From: an uncultured Planctomycetota bacterium | Lineage (GTDB): Bacteria; Planctomycetota; Planctomycetia; Pirellulales; Lacipirellulaceae | Direction of reading: 5' to 3' | Assembly: GCA_963719315.1 (NCBI GenBank) | Contig: CAVRBU010000001.1 | Location: 192,001 to 256,000 of the forward strand | Length of the DNA stretch: 64,000 bases | Shown here: in pieces, positions 10,140-20,483 of the stretch | Numbering within the stretch: position 1 is the stretch's first letter | Layout of the letters: each line of letters starts with the position of its first letter | The notes under the pieces: model-generated | Told to the model about the DNA's origin: nothing | What the model saw: only the letters and a program-made list of their open reading frames with translations | The model's database searches: none | Position numbers and translations under genes: made by a program

Positions 10140-11069
10140 ATGTCGTTGGGTGCTTCCGAGATCGTTCGTTGCCCCGCCGAGCTGCGCGCGGAAGCGCTCG
10201 CTCTTGTGTTATGCGACCTAGCGCCGAGCCAGCGCCGCGAAATTGTCCGGCCACTGCTCAATGTGGAAGGGGAGACGGAACGAGGCCGCGAGCTGCTCTA
10301 TGTTGCCCGGCGCGGCGATGAGGTGCGCGGAGCCGCCTGGGGCCAGCGGCAGCCTGGCAACATTGTTGTGTTTTGGCCGCCACGGTTGGCCGCGGGCGAG
10401 AACGCGCAAACCGCGTATCCGCTGGCGGAAGCCGTCGTTCGAGAAATTGACGAATTGGCCTATGATGTGGCCCAAGCGCTCTTGCTGACGCCGGATGCTG
10501 AGACGGTAAACGTCATGCGGTTCGTGGGCTTTCGGCACTTGGCCGATTTATTGTATATGGCTTGCGAATCGGACCGCTTTCCGCTCAAAGCGCCGGAGCC
10601 GTCCGAAATAGAATTTGAAGAGTATAGAGGCACGCAACGCGGCCGGCTGATGCTGCTCGTCGATCACACCTACGAGGGTACGCTCGACTGCACGGCACTG
10701 AACGGCGCCCGCGACATACAGGACGTAATCAACGGCTACCAGGCCACCGGGGTGTATCGGCCGCAGAATTGGCACTTTGTGCGGGCACAGGGGAGAGATG
10801 TCGGCGTTTTGCTGTTGGCGGATCACCCCCAATCGCGGCAGTTGGAGTTGATGTACATGGGGCTCGTGCCGGAAGCTCGTGGTCGCGGGTGGGGCAGGCA
10901 AATTGCGCGGTATGCGCAGTGGTTGGGCCGCGGAGCGCACGTTGAGCGAATTCTCGTGGCCGTAGATGCGACGAATACGCCGGCCGAAGCCACTTATCGC
11001 AGCACGGGTTTTGAAATCTGGGAGCGCCGCTCCGCTTATTTGCGATTTCCGGCGAAGCCGCACGCTTAA
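10140..11069 (+). CDS. GNAT family acetyltransferase (probable tandem GNAT)
   Basis: YMGLVPEARGRGWG, VDATNTPA..YRSTGF. Confidence 0.85.
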   Translation: MSLGASEIVRCPAELRAEALALVLCDLAPSQRREIVRPLLNVEGETERGRELLYVARRGDEVRGAAWGQRQPGNIVVFWPPRLAAGENAQTAYPLAEAVVREIDELAYDVAQALLLTPDAETVNVMRFVGFRHLADLLYMACESDRFPLKAPEPSEIEFEEYRGTQRGRLMLLVDHTYEGTLDCTALNGARDIQDVINGYQATGVYRPQNWHFVRAQGRDVGVLLLADHPQSRQLELMYMGLVPEARGRGWGRQIARYAQWLGRGAHVERILVAVDATNTPAEATYRSTGFEIWERRSAYLRFPAKPHA

Positions 11070-11320
11070 ACACGCGCGTAATCGCCGGACAGCGGGTGTG
11101 ATACTCGAATCGTCGCGATAAAACGCGGAGAATTCCAATCGCGATTGCCGCGCGCGGCTCGCATCGAGCGATGCAAACATTTTTTCCACGCGCAGTTCGC
11201 GCGTTGCGCAGAATATTTTTTCTTAAGGCTGGCTGGCCGCAACCCCAACGCAAACCGGTAGTTTGCGCGAGTCGGACGGCGAGCATCGACAACCTTTCCC
11301 AACAACTGAAGATAGCCCCT

Positions 11321-11348
11321 TTGACAGGCGTGCTAGCAAGCGTAAAAT
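11321..11348 (+). promoter_or_regulatory. Sigma-70-type promoter upstream of the dnaA-like gene
   Basis: TTGACA-N16-TAAAAT, about 275 bp upstream of ATG 11623. Confidence 0.6.
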
Positions 11349-11622
11349 CGGCGACTCGCAGTCGATTGATGTTGCGTCGCGAGACGCACGTTAATTGCAA
11401 AAAGGGGTTGATTTACAGAAATTCGCGGTGCGGCTTGGGCGGAGATCGCCTTCGGCCACGACCAACTTGGTGTCGTGGAGGGCGGATTTCGCGAGCCGGC
11501 CTTTTCTCCAGTTTTGCGCAAGGTTTCTCAAGTGCTTGGCGGCACATTACGCCGCTGATTCGTCGTCATGAAGTCGGCGAAGCGCTCGAGGTATGCGCCG
11601 ACGGAGCTAACAGGAAGTCGTC

Positions 11623-13044
11623 ATGGAAGATTCTCAGGTCGCGGCGGCGTTGTCGGCACAATTGGCCGAAAGAATCGGCGAACAACGATTCGAGTTGTGG
11701 TTCGGCACACAGGCGGAGCTCTGTGTGGGCGGACTATCGTTGACGATTCGCGCGGCCAGCACGTTTGTGCGCGATTGGCTGCGGTCGCACCTGGCTGGCG
11801 ACATTCGCGCTTGTTGGGAAACTATTGTAGGCGGAACGGGTACGATTGAATTTGAACTCAAGCCGACGCAGTCTCAAGACTCCACGGCGAAGAGTGCGAC
11901 GGCCGTTGTTGCTTCATCGCTGCGGCCGATGAATCGCCGGTCGCAGCCCCGCCCAGAACATCCTTTCGTGACCGCCGACTTGGCGGCACTAGCAGATCCG
12001 CCTGGTCAGCGTTGGACTACTGGCCTGGCGGGTTTTATCGTGGGCGCAAGTAATGAGTACGCTTTTCGTGCGGCGGAGTTGACGGCGCGTGGGCGTCAGC
12101 AGGCTTCGCCGCTATTGCTTTGCGGGCCGACGGGCGTCGGTAAAACGCATTTGCTGCGGGCGATCCAGCAGGAGTACCGCCGACACCACGCTCGCGCGGC
12201 GGCCATCTACCTGACGGCCGAACAGTTCACGACGAGTTTCGTGGAAGCGATTCGCGTGAGCGGCTTGCCGAGTTTCCGGCAAAAATGCCGTGGGGCGAAA
12301 TTGCTGGTGATCGATGACTTGCAATTCTTCGCCGGCAAGCGGCGGACACTTGAGGAATTGCTGTATACGCTCGATACGCTCGCGGCCGACGGCCGGCAAA
12401 CTGTGCTGGCAAGCGACCGCGGCCTGGCTGAATTGCGAGCACTCGGGCCAGAGCTGATTTCGCGGCTTTCCGGCGGTTTGACCTGTGAATTAGCGCCACC
12501 GGAATTCGCGACGCGAGTAGGCATCGTGCGACAATTTGGCGAATTGGCGGGAATCACACTTTCGGATGAGGTGGTCACACTCGTCGCGACGCAGATTTCG
12601 GCCGGTGCTCGCGAACTGCGCGGGGCGATCCATCGGTTGCAGGCAATGAGCGCGGCATACAAGGAGCCGATTACGCGGGCCATGGCCGAGCGGGCGATGG
12701 TGGATCTCGCGCGGCACAACACGCGGTCCGTGCGGCTGGCCGATGTGCAGAAGGTTGTGTGCGAGGCGTTTGGAGTGGAAGCGGCCCAGCTTCGGTCTGA
12801 CCGCAAGGGGCGGGCGCTGGCCGAGCCGCGGATGCTTGCCATGTGGTTGGCACGAAAATACACTCGCGCGCCGTGGAGCGAGATCGGCCAGTTCTTCGGC
12901 CGGCAGAGTCATAGTACGGTAATTTCGGCCCATCGCCGCGTGGAGAAGCTGATTGCCGAGCAAGGGCACATCGGCATGGCGAATCAGGAGTGCCACGTGG
13001 ACGATGCGATTCGCCGGTTGGAGACGGCGCTGCGGACGGCGTGA
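11623..13044 (+). CDS. dnaA: DnaA-family replication initiator (divergent paralogue)
   Basis: Domain I (RFELWF), Walker A GPTGVGKTHL, Walker B LLVIDDLQFF, RELRGA, domain IV PRMLAMWLARKYT..EIGQFFGRQSHSTVISA. Confidence 0.88.
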   Translation: MEDSQVAAALSAQLAERIGEQRFELWFGTQAELCVGGLSLTIRAASTFVRDWLRSHLAGDIRACWETIVGGTGTIEFELKPTQSQDSTAKSATAVVASSLRPMNRRSQPRPEHPFVTADLAALADPPGQRWTTGLAGFIVGASNEYAFRAAELTARGRQQASPLLLCGPTGVGKTHLLRAIQQEYRRHHARAAAIYLTAEQFTTSFVEAIRVSGLPSFRQKCRGAKLLVIDDLQFFAGKRRTLEELLYTLDTLAADGRQTVLASDRGLAELRALGPELISRLSGGLTCELAPPEFATRVGIVRQFGELAGITLSDEVVTLVATQISAGARELRGAIHRLQAMSAAYKEPITRAMAERAMVDLARHNTRSVRLADVQKVVCEAFGVEAAQLRSDRKGRALAEPRMLAMWLARKYTRAPWSEIGQFFGRQSHSTVISAHRRVEKLIAEQGHIGMANQECHVDDAIRRLETALRTA

Positions 13045-13100
13045 TGCGAACTTTGCGCGGATAATTCCCGGCGATGCGTAGCATCGCGGCTAATAATTCG

Positions 13101-16100
13101 CTACGAGGTTGTTTTGAGTCCGCTGGAACGGAACCAGTGCTGCGGCATCAGGCCGAAGGCGATGATCGCGAGTTGCGTAGCGGCGAATACCAGCAGCCAG
13201 GTGGCGGTGCTGCTTTCGGACGCGCCGTAGGCGTGTAGGCCAACGCCGTACTCGTTCACGCCGAAGTACGACCACGTGGTGACAATGTTACCAGCCACCG
13301 CGAGCGTCGCCAGGCCGCGGCCTTTCACGAGCCCGCCCCAGCGGGAGTGAAGCACGAGCGCATTCCAGAGCACGATCATCAGCGCTCCGTTTTCTTTCGG
13401 GTCCCAGCCCCAGAAGCGGCCCCAGGAGTCATCGGCCCATAGACCGCCGAGCACCGTGCCCACGAAGCTGAAGAAGATCGCGAAGCACAGCGTGCCGTAG
13501 AGCGTGCGGAGGACCTTGGATCGAGCGTCCTGGTCGAGGACCGGGATTACGTGCGTACACAAGATGTAGACGATGCCCCAAGCGCCGGCGGCATAGGTGG
13601 CGGCGTAGCCTAGGTTGATTGTGATCACGTGAGTGGCCAGCCAGAATTGCGTATCGAGTACGGCCTGCAGCACGATGAACGTGTCGCCATCGAGCGAAAG
13701 GTTGTATGCCAAGAACAGCGTGATGAAGCCTATGACCGAAGCGACGATATTTGCCAGGCCGAGTTTATGGATCGACTCAAGGATGAGCGACAGGAGCACA
13801 ACGGCCCAGCCAATAAAAATCGCGGTGGAATATAAATTCGTGATCGGCGGGCGGCCCGAAATATAAATGCGAGAGACCAGCGCGAATGTGTGCAATCCAA
13901 AAGTGAACCAGAGGAGCCAAATCGACGCTCGTCGAAGCGGCTGGGTCCAGCCGACCCACGACAGAATGCCCAGCACGAACGCGAATACGTACAACACGCA
14001 GGCGTAATAAAATGGGCTGAAGTGATTAAAAAAGACTTCGAAGCTGGCCTTCGACCGCGAGTACGTCTCAGATTTAGAAACGCCGGATTTTTGAAGTTGC
14101 TTGGCGTTCTCATTGAGCGATTGTTCGTACTGGGTCAGAATCGCGCGATAGTCTGCCAGCCCTTTGTTGAAGGAGGCGACATCACCCTGCGCGTAAGTCT
14201 GGAGCAACGATCCTAATGCGGGCGTGGCCGGATTGATTGGCTGCTTTTGGATGCGATTTACGAGCAGTTCGACTTCCGCCTGCATGTACGGCGACCAATG
14301 GCCATCGAAAGTCGTCGGTGGAACCGCGTAAGGTGGATTTCCGCGGCGTAATTCCTGTAGCAAGCGCAGGAGTTCGTCGGGCCCGGCGTTTGGCGGCGGG
14401 GAGCGGAACGAAACCACTAAAACGCGGTAAAAGTTATATTTTCTCGCGAGTTCCAGCACCTTGTTTTGAAACAGAGAGCGCGCCTTTTCATCCGTGGCGT
14501 CGGCCAGCTTGATCTGGCGATCCAGTTCGGTTCGGATGTTTTGGTCTTCGGGATCGGTGGCTTCTTTGGTCAGGATTTCATTCAGCGAGTAGCGCCAAAA
14601 CAAGGGGCGGCGCTCCAATCCAAGCGCGTCCAACAGGTCGAGGTTCTCGATGCGAAAGACGCAGTGGTCGGATGCGCCTTTACGCCCGAAATCGCATCCA
14701 TCAGCCATCGAATTGCTGGTAGATGCGAAGTGACTTCGCCGCTCGCGTTCGTGACGCCGACCTCTTGCCGGCCGGATAGGATTTGCAAACTATTGCGAGC
14801 GAGTGTGTCGTAGGGCTTGACTCGGCCTTCGTAGACAACCGGCAACTTGGCAAATTCATGGATTTGCATTTCGCTGGGCTTCGACTCCGGCAAGCGAGCC
14901 TTGCTGGCGATGTAACCGGCGAATACCAGCACTACCAATGCAGGGAACCACTTGGCTAGCGTGGGCCAGGCGATACCGGGGCCGGTAGTTTTCAACTCCC
15001 TCGGACGGCGGTTATTGCTCTTCTCTTGAGCGACTAGCTCGTTGGCCAATTGGTCTGAGTCTTCGACGCGGCGGCGCAAGAAACGGACCAGCATCACACC
15101 GAAATGGGCGAGCATGCCGATCATTACCAGCATGCAGGCTACGTAAGGCGTCATCCAACTGGGGTTCGTTACGACCTGCAACACAGTGGTGCGCTCGGTT
15201 CTCTTATCGTAGTCGGACTGATAAAACGTAGTGCCCGCATAACGCAGCGGGTTGTTCATCGAAATGAGTACCTCGCGATCGACATTGTGTCGTGGATCCT
15301 TGAAATCCACGAGGGAAGAATAGTTTTTGGGGGTCTCCGTGCCGGCGTAACGATCGAACCGAAAATCCTTGAGCGTTACTCCGAACGGATGGTAAATGCG
15401 CTCGTACCGCAACGCGAGATCGTAGCTGTGGCCGTCCACCTCCACCGGCTGGTCGATAAAATCTTGCGACACAAGAAACGTGCCGAGGGACTTGCCGGTT
15501 TTCTTCGACGTTAATTCGACGTATGCCGCCGAAGTATCGACTTTGTCGGCATTCTTGCCGACGCCGGTTGCGGGGGGCACGTCGACGGCGATCTGCCGCA
15601 AACCGAAACCGGCCGTCGCGGGGTTCTTCTCGCCGGCGGCCGGATCATGCAACTGCGAATTTTGCAGCCAGCTAAGCACCCGAATCGTAAACGGCAGATC
15701 AGCGTGGTCGATCGGTGTGCCGCCGCCGACATTTGCTTCGAGGATATGCTTGGGAACGACCGTGACGCGATCGATGTCGGCCGGCGAGTGGTCGATGACG
15801 GCCAATTCACTGGTGCGAATGTCACTCGAATAGTTGGCCGTCTCACTTTCGCCGATCACCATTTGCGATTCGACAGCCGCCACCGCGGTAAACAGCTCGG
15901 TCAGCATGATGAGTGCGATGCCGCCGTGCAGCAACACGATGCCGGCCCGCTTGCGGAACACGAGGACGCAACCAAGCAACAGCACGAGGCCGGAGGCCGT
16001 GCCCTTGGTGAGCTGCCAGAGAATGCGGATGCCGGAGTTATCGAGGCGGGCATCGGGGTGCGCAAGGAGCCACACGGTCAGAACGGCGAGCAAGATATCA

Positions 16101-16744
16101 ACGACGAGCAGGACTCGCCATTCGATAAGTTTCTGTTTGGACTGCGCATTCCAAAATGTCAGCAGGTACGCGCCGGCGATCGTAAGGGCCGCGAGCAGGC
16201 CGCGAAAACACTGCCATAGGAAATCGCAGAACGCCCCTGAGAGTTCACTCTCCATGCCCTGGTTCATGCCGCTGCGGATGACCAGGTAAGTGACGAGCAC
16301 GCCGGCTGCGATCGTGGCCAGGCCGGCGTAGAGTCGCTTGCCTTCGGCGGCGACTTTGAATCGCACGGCGTGGGCGGCCGCGAGGTTGGCGAGCAGGCAC
16401 AGGCCGAGCGTTTTGCCGCCGGGAAAGTAAAAGCCGCCTTGGAGTTTCCAATCGACGCTTTTGCGAAAAAGTTGTACGAGACGCTCGAACACTTGGAGAT
16501 CGACGCGGGCAAACCAGACGCGGAAATACGTGTCGTTTACGACCTGCCACACGTCGTGGTCTTTTTGGGCAAGCGTCCCGACGAAAATCAGGAAGATCGA
16601 GAGGGCAAATAGGACGACGGTCAGCCGGAGCGAAGCGAGCACAGCAAAGACGCGGCCGAACGTGAACTGGGCGGCGGAAACTTGCGATCGCGAATTGGCC
16701 GATCGAAGGATGCTTCTGGGCGGCGCCAGATCACTTGTGGCCAT
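13101..16744 (-). CDS. ccsA: Fused cytochrome c biogenesis System II protein (ResB/CcsB + CcsA); frameshift near 14678
   Basis: ResB part: SLRLTVVL, LLHGG, PKNYSS, ISMNNPLRYAG, FYQS. CcsA part: LHT, GRPPITNLY, VLDTQFWLATHV, WADDSWGRFWGWDPKE (WWD motif), GLHAYG. Junction reads ..DAISGVK / GASDHCVFRIEN.. Confidence 0.88.
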
Positions 16745-17951
16745 CGGTTGCTCCACCGCCGGCGGCGAACCGCAGCGACTTCAGAAAGGATTTGAATGCG
16801 TCTTCTTGGGCGGTGACGACGGCGCGGTCGCCTTTCAGTTTAATGAACCAGAGTTGGTCGCCGTTTTTGGCCATTGCTCCCAGCGTGGCCAAATTCGATT
16901 GCGACTGGCTCGCTTGCGTGGCGTCGGGCACTGCTCGCACATAGATCGCGGGTTGGCCGTCGATCTCGATTAGCTCGTTCGCTTGGGCGAGCTCGTCTTG
17001 CTTCAGGTCGTTGAGCCCGACCTCGCGACGCCAGCGGTTTGTGTTAGCGAGCGGGTCGGCGATCATCGAGCCTTCAGTAGTTGGAAAGTTGATAAGCGTG
17101 ACTTCCGCGCCGTGTTCCGCATCGCCGATTGCGAAGGCGGCTTTCCGCAGGCCGGCGACTTCCAATGGTTTCCAATCGGAAGGGGCGGTGTATTTGGGAG
17201 TGTTTACGGATGCCGTCGCGGGTGGAGCGACGGAGGGCGTCGGCGGTGCCGAGGAATCGATTGGTGGATGGCCTGGAGGAAGTTCCGGGAGCGCTGATCC
17301 GGGTGACACTCCGGGCGCGGCACCTAGGCCGGCGAACGGGGGCGACATGCCAGAACCGGCGAAGTGGCCGCGAAGGTCGACGAGCATCATGGGGTGGTCG
17401 CCGGCCTTTGACTCGTGGGTGCTTTCCGCAACTTGTGCCGCGCCGATGGACGGCAGTTGCAACTGGCCGCGCCATCGGTTCACGTTGCTGAGCATGTCGG
17501 CCGGCGTGCCGGACCAGGGGAGCGCGTTCACCGTGATTTCGAGCGGCTTGCCATCGGCGGGGACGATGATCGTCGCGAACCGCATCTCGTTGCCGGCGGC
17601 TTCCTTCCAGCCGGTGGGGAGTTGCCACTTGGGCTTGCCATCGTCGGCGAAGCGAACGCCGGCAAAGAAATCGTTGAATTCTTTTTCGAGTTTGTCGATC
17701 GCCGCGATCGGGCCGACGACTTTGAAGAACCATGCCTGGCTGCCGGTGGGTACGATGGCGGCCAGCATGCGGTCGGTCGGTTTGCCTGGCACGGCGGCCG
17801 GTGCGGCCTTGGCAACTTCGACCTTCGCTTCTTTGGGCACGGTGTAAGAACGAATTTGCTCGGGCTTCTGGCAGCCGATGGCCAACGTCGCCACGAGCGC
17901 GGTGAACAAGAGTGTAAGCGGCGTGCGTCGAAGCTGAACTGAGATCGCCAT
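16731..17951 (-). CDS. Lipoprotein with two repeated N-x-N-R-W-R domains, overlapping the ccs gene start
   Basis: Lipobox LAIGC; NVNRWRGQLQL and NTNRWRREVGL; WFFKVVG and WFIKLKG; LPPGHPP in the linker. Confidence 0.8.
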   Translation of the reverse strand: MAISVQLRRTPLTLLFTALVATLAIGCQKPEQIRSYTVPKEAKVEVAKAAPAAVPGKPTDRMLAAIVPTGSQAWFFKVVGPIAAIDKLEKEFNDFFAGVRFADDGKPKWQLPTGWKEAAGNEMRFATIIVPADGKPLEITVNALPWSGTPADMLSNVNRWRGQLQLPSIGAAQVAESTHESKAGDHPMMLVDLRGHFAGSGMSPPFAGLGAAPGVSPGSALPELPPGHPPIDSSAPPTPSVAPPATASVNTPKYTAPSDWKPLEVAGLRKAAFAIGDAEHGAEVTLINFPTTEGSMIADPLANTNRWRREVGLNDLKQDELAQANELIEIDGQPAIYVRAVPDATQASQSQSNLATLGAMAKNGDQLWFIKLKGDRAVVTAQEDAFKSFLKSLRFAAGGGATDGHK

Positions 17952-18110
17952 GCAACCGATGCGGCATTTCGACCGCGGAGAATGAAGAAATTGAGGCGGG
18001 GGCGGCCCGATGCACAGACTACGGTGAGTGCTAGTGCGAGGTTTGGCCGCTACTGCGAATTATAGCGAAATCGGGGCCGGGTGGTACCGCAGGATTTCCG
18101 TCGCGACGTT

Positions 18111-19679
18111 TTAACGTCCCAGGAAGGGATTTAGCACTTCCAGGAGGGTGCTGTTGATGCTCGAAACGCCCTCCCAGCTCCACATACTGCGGAGGAGATC
18201 GAACGTCATCATGCCGCACAGACCCAGCATGAGCATGCAGCTTGTGAGGCCCAAGACATTCCAAATGGAAAACGGCATTTCGGTGGCAGTGGCGACGCCA
18301 ACGGGCATCGCGCCAGGTGTTAGCCCAACGCTGCCGAAATCTTCAGCTGCCATACCGACATCGCCGAAACTGCTCGCAAGCGGCGCACCAGCGGCTTCCT
18401 CGCTGAGTTCGTCGAGGGCGATAACCTGGGAGCTGTCTTTTTCTTCGTCCTCATCGCCTTCACCCAACGGCGTAAGTTGGAAATCTTCGCCGACTTTTGA
18501 ACCCAAACCCAATCCTAAGGCAGAGCCGATGCCCGAAGTCTCGACGCCTAATTCGCTGCCCACCGATTCGCCCAAGTCGAGCGAGGAGCCGATCGGCGCC
18601 GAGCCGCTCAAGTCGAGCGACACCTCGTCGAGCGCCAAGCCGCTATCGGATGGCGAAATGATATTAATGCCGCTGCTCTCGCCGGAAAGCGTGACGTCGC
18701 TGCCGCTGCCTTCGCCGAGCACCTGGTCATCATCGTCATCGTCCAGTTCCAGTGCCGACAGGCCAGAAAGGCCGACGTTGCTAACACCGCTGCCAATATT
18801 GACATCTGACGTCGCGCCACTCATGCTGCTGCCAGTTGGAGCAAGGCCGATGTCGCTCAATTCGGCGCCCTTTTTCTTGGCGGCGGACTTGGCCGCACTT
18901 TGCGCCTTGGCAACATCTTTCGGCGACATGATGCGGCTCGATTCGGCTTCCAAATCGACCTCGAGTTCGTCGAGATTGTCGAAGTCACCAGAAGCACTAG
19001 GTAAGTCGAGCGCGAGTTCGTCCTCGTCGCCGCCAGGCACGAGGCCGGAGTCGGCGGCAGCTAGCTTGACGTCGCTCGCCGGACCAGCGCCTTTATCAAC
19101 CGGCGAGAGGTCCAGGTCTGCGTCGAGATCCAATTCAGCTTTGCCGATAATCGTGCTCGGTGGACGGTTGGACATGGCGCCGAGCTCTGCCTCGCTCATC
19201 AATATCGAATCGGTATTGAGATTGATTTCGTCGGCATCGTCCAATGCCAGCGCGTCGGAGCCTTCATCCTCGAGGCCTGCGACGGTTGGCTCATCGACTT
19301 CATCGAGACTGATGTCGCTGGCAGAGCCGGCCGCCATTTCTTCATTTTCCAAGCTGAGATCGCTGCTTTCTGGCCCGGAGGGCGACTCATCCTCCGCCAT
19401 TTCGAGGTCGATGCCGCTGACTTCGGCGGCGGCGGGCGAAGGGGGCACGTCCGCGCCGAGATCGTCGTCCGACAGATCGAGCGCGAGATCGCTGGCGCCC
19501 GGGTCGATGGTTGGAATGCCCTCGGCAGCCAGTTTGTCGATGGCTTCGCTGCGGAATTTCCAACTCGCGCCGTCGCGGTAGCCCGGAACTTTGTTGGCTT
19601 CGCGAAGCGCCAGTAGACGCTCCTTGGAGATGCCAAGTTGATCGGCCGCTTCTTCCAGGCTAATGAGCTTTTGTGCCAT
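18111..19679 (-). CDS. Excisionase/MerR-like HTH + long acidic low-complexity region + C-terminal TM helix
   Basis: MAQKLISLEEAADQLGISKERL..GYRDGASWKF; D/E/S/G/L-rich middle; WNVLGLTSCMLMLGLCGMMTF hydrophobic helix; AGGA upstream of ATG 19679. Confidence 0.85.
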   Translation of the reverse strand: MAQKLISLEEAADQLGISKERLLALREANKVPGYRDGASWKFRSEAIDKLAAEGIPTIDPGASDLALDLSDDDLGADVPPSPAAAEVSGIDLEMAEDESPSGPESSDLSLENEEMAAGSASDISLDEVDEPTVAGLEDEGSDALALDDADEINLNTDSILMSEAELGAMSNRPPSTIIGKAELDLDADLDLSPVDKGAGPASDVKLAAADSGLVPGGDEDELALDLPSASGDFDNLDELEVDLEAESSRIMSPKDVAKAQSAAKSAAKKKGAELSDIGLAPTGSSMSGATSDVNIGSGVSNVGLSGLSALELDDDDDDQVLGEGSGSDVTLSGESSGINIISPSDSGLALDEVSLDLSGSAPIGSSLDLGESVGSELGVETSGIGSALGLGLGSKVGEDFQLTPLGEGDEDEEKDSSQVIALDELSEEAAGAPLASSFGDVGMAAEDFGSVGLTPGAMPVGVATATEMPFSIWNVLGLTSCMLMLGLCGMMTFDLLRSMWSWEGVSSINSTLLEVLNPFLGR

Positions 19680-19760
19680 CGAAATCCTCGCGCTGTGCCG
19701 AGTTATCCGCCGCTGCATGGCAGAAGCGATTCGGCCGGGCGAGGAGATCGCCAGCGAAGG

Positions 19761-20102
19761 CTAGTGCTGCAGACCGTTGCGGATATCTTGCGGAAGCGGT
19801 TTGCCACTGTTGAATTCGATCATTTGCAAGTCCCAGGTGATGTTGCGGACGCTCTTCGGCGTGATTTCGCCGGAGGCGCGGTCCACATGATAGACTGCCA
19901 TCACGCGCTGTCGCGGATCGATCACCGTTACCGTCAGCGGTCCGGCGTCGGTCGCCGAGACTTGGGTGAACAATTCGCTGCTACTGGCGTGTGTTGGCAA
20001 ATCGATCGTCGGGCTATGAGCGGGTTCGGAGGAACTCCGACCAGCCATCGCCCCAATCACGAGACTTGCTCCCAACAAGGCGCCGACGAACGTAATTCGC
20101 AT
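19761..20102 (-). CDS. Small exported or membrane-anchored hypothetical protein
   Basis: Hydrophobic N-terminus MRITFVGALLGASLVIGAMAG; GAGGA RBS; candidate promoter TTGAAT-N16-TAGAAT at 20191-20164. Confidence 0.75.
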   Translation of the reverse strand: MRITFVGALLGASLVIGAMAGRSSSEPAHSPTIDLPTHASSSELFTQVSATDAGPLTVTVIDPRQRVMAVYHVDRASGEITPKSVRNITWDLQMIEFNSGKPLPQDIRNGLQH

Positions 20103-20420
20103 GGAATCCTCTTTTGGGCCGTTTTGATGGCCACGCGCTGAGGAATCCGGCGCCTCTAGTTCCATTCTAAAAGCACCGTATTCCGATTCAAGCTAAATCC
20201 GTCGCAGGCCAGTGGTTAGAATGCGGCTGTCGCACTTGCCGGTAATTCGGGCCCTGCGGTTTGCCCAGCGGTGGCGTAACGGACCGCTAGAAGGCAGCTT
20301 TCGGTCCGGCAAAATCGCCGGTAAGCTATGCCAAATAGGCGGTTACGTGCCGCTTGCCGGGGAGAGGAGTTTAGCCGCGGGCGGGTAAGCCAGCAAGGCC
20401 GCCGAGGGCTGGAAACTTCG

Positions 20421-20441
20421 GTAGGGTGGGCACCGCCCACC
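20421..20441 (+). repeat. Single GTAG REP-like palindrome
   Basis: GTAG-GGTGGGC-ACC-GCCCACC. Confidence 0.65.
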
Positions 20442-20483
20442 GCGGAACTTGACTTTTTTGGTGAGCGGTGCCCAATCCAACGC

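Noticed and set aside
11070..11622. oriC upstream of dnaA
   Set aside because: I found no cluster of canonical DnaA boxes or clear AT-rich unwinding element; this remains an open question only.
17011..18015. Long alternative-frame and antisense ORFs over the lipoprotein (similar cases at 1766-2782, 6585-7403 and 32912-33979)
   Set aside because: Such ORFs are expected in high-GC coding DNA; they are Arg/Ala-rich and fully overlap well-supported genes.
18148..19581. 477-aa Ser-rich ORF on the + strand
   Set aside because: It is the antisense shadow of the acidic low-complexity gene and has no independent motifs.
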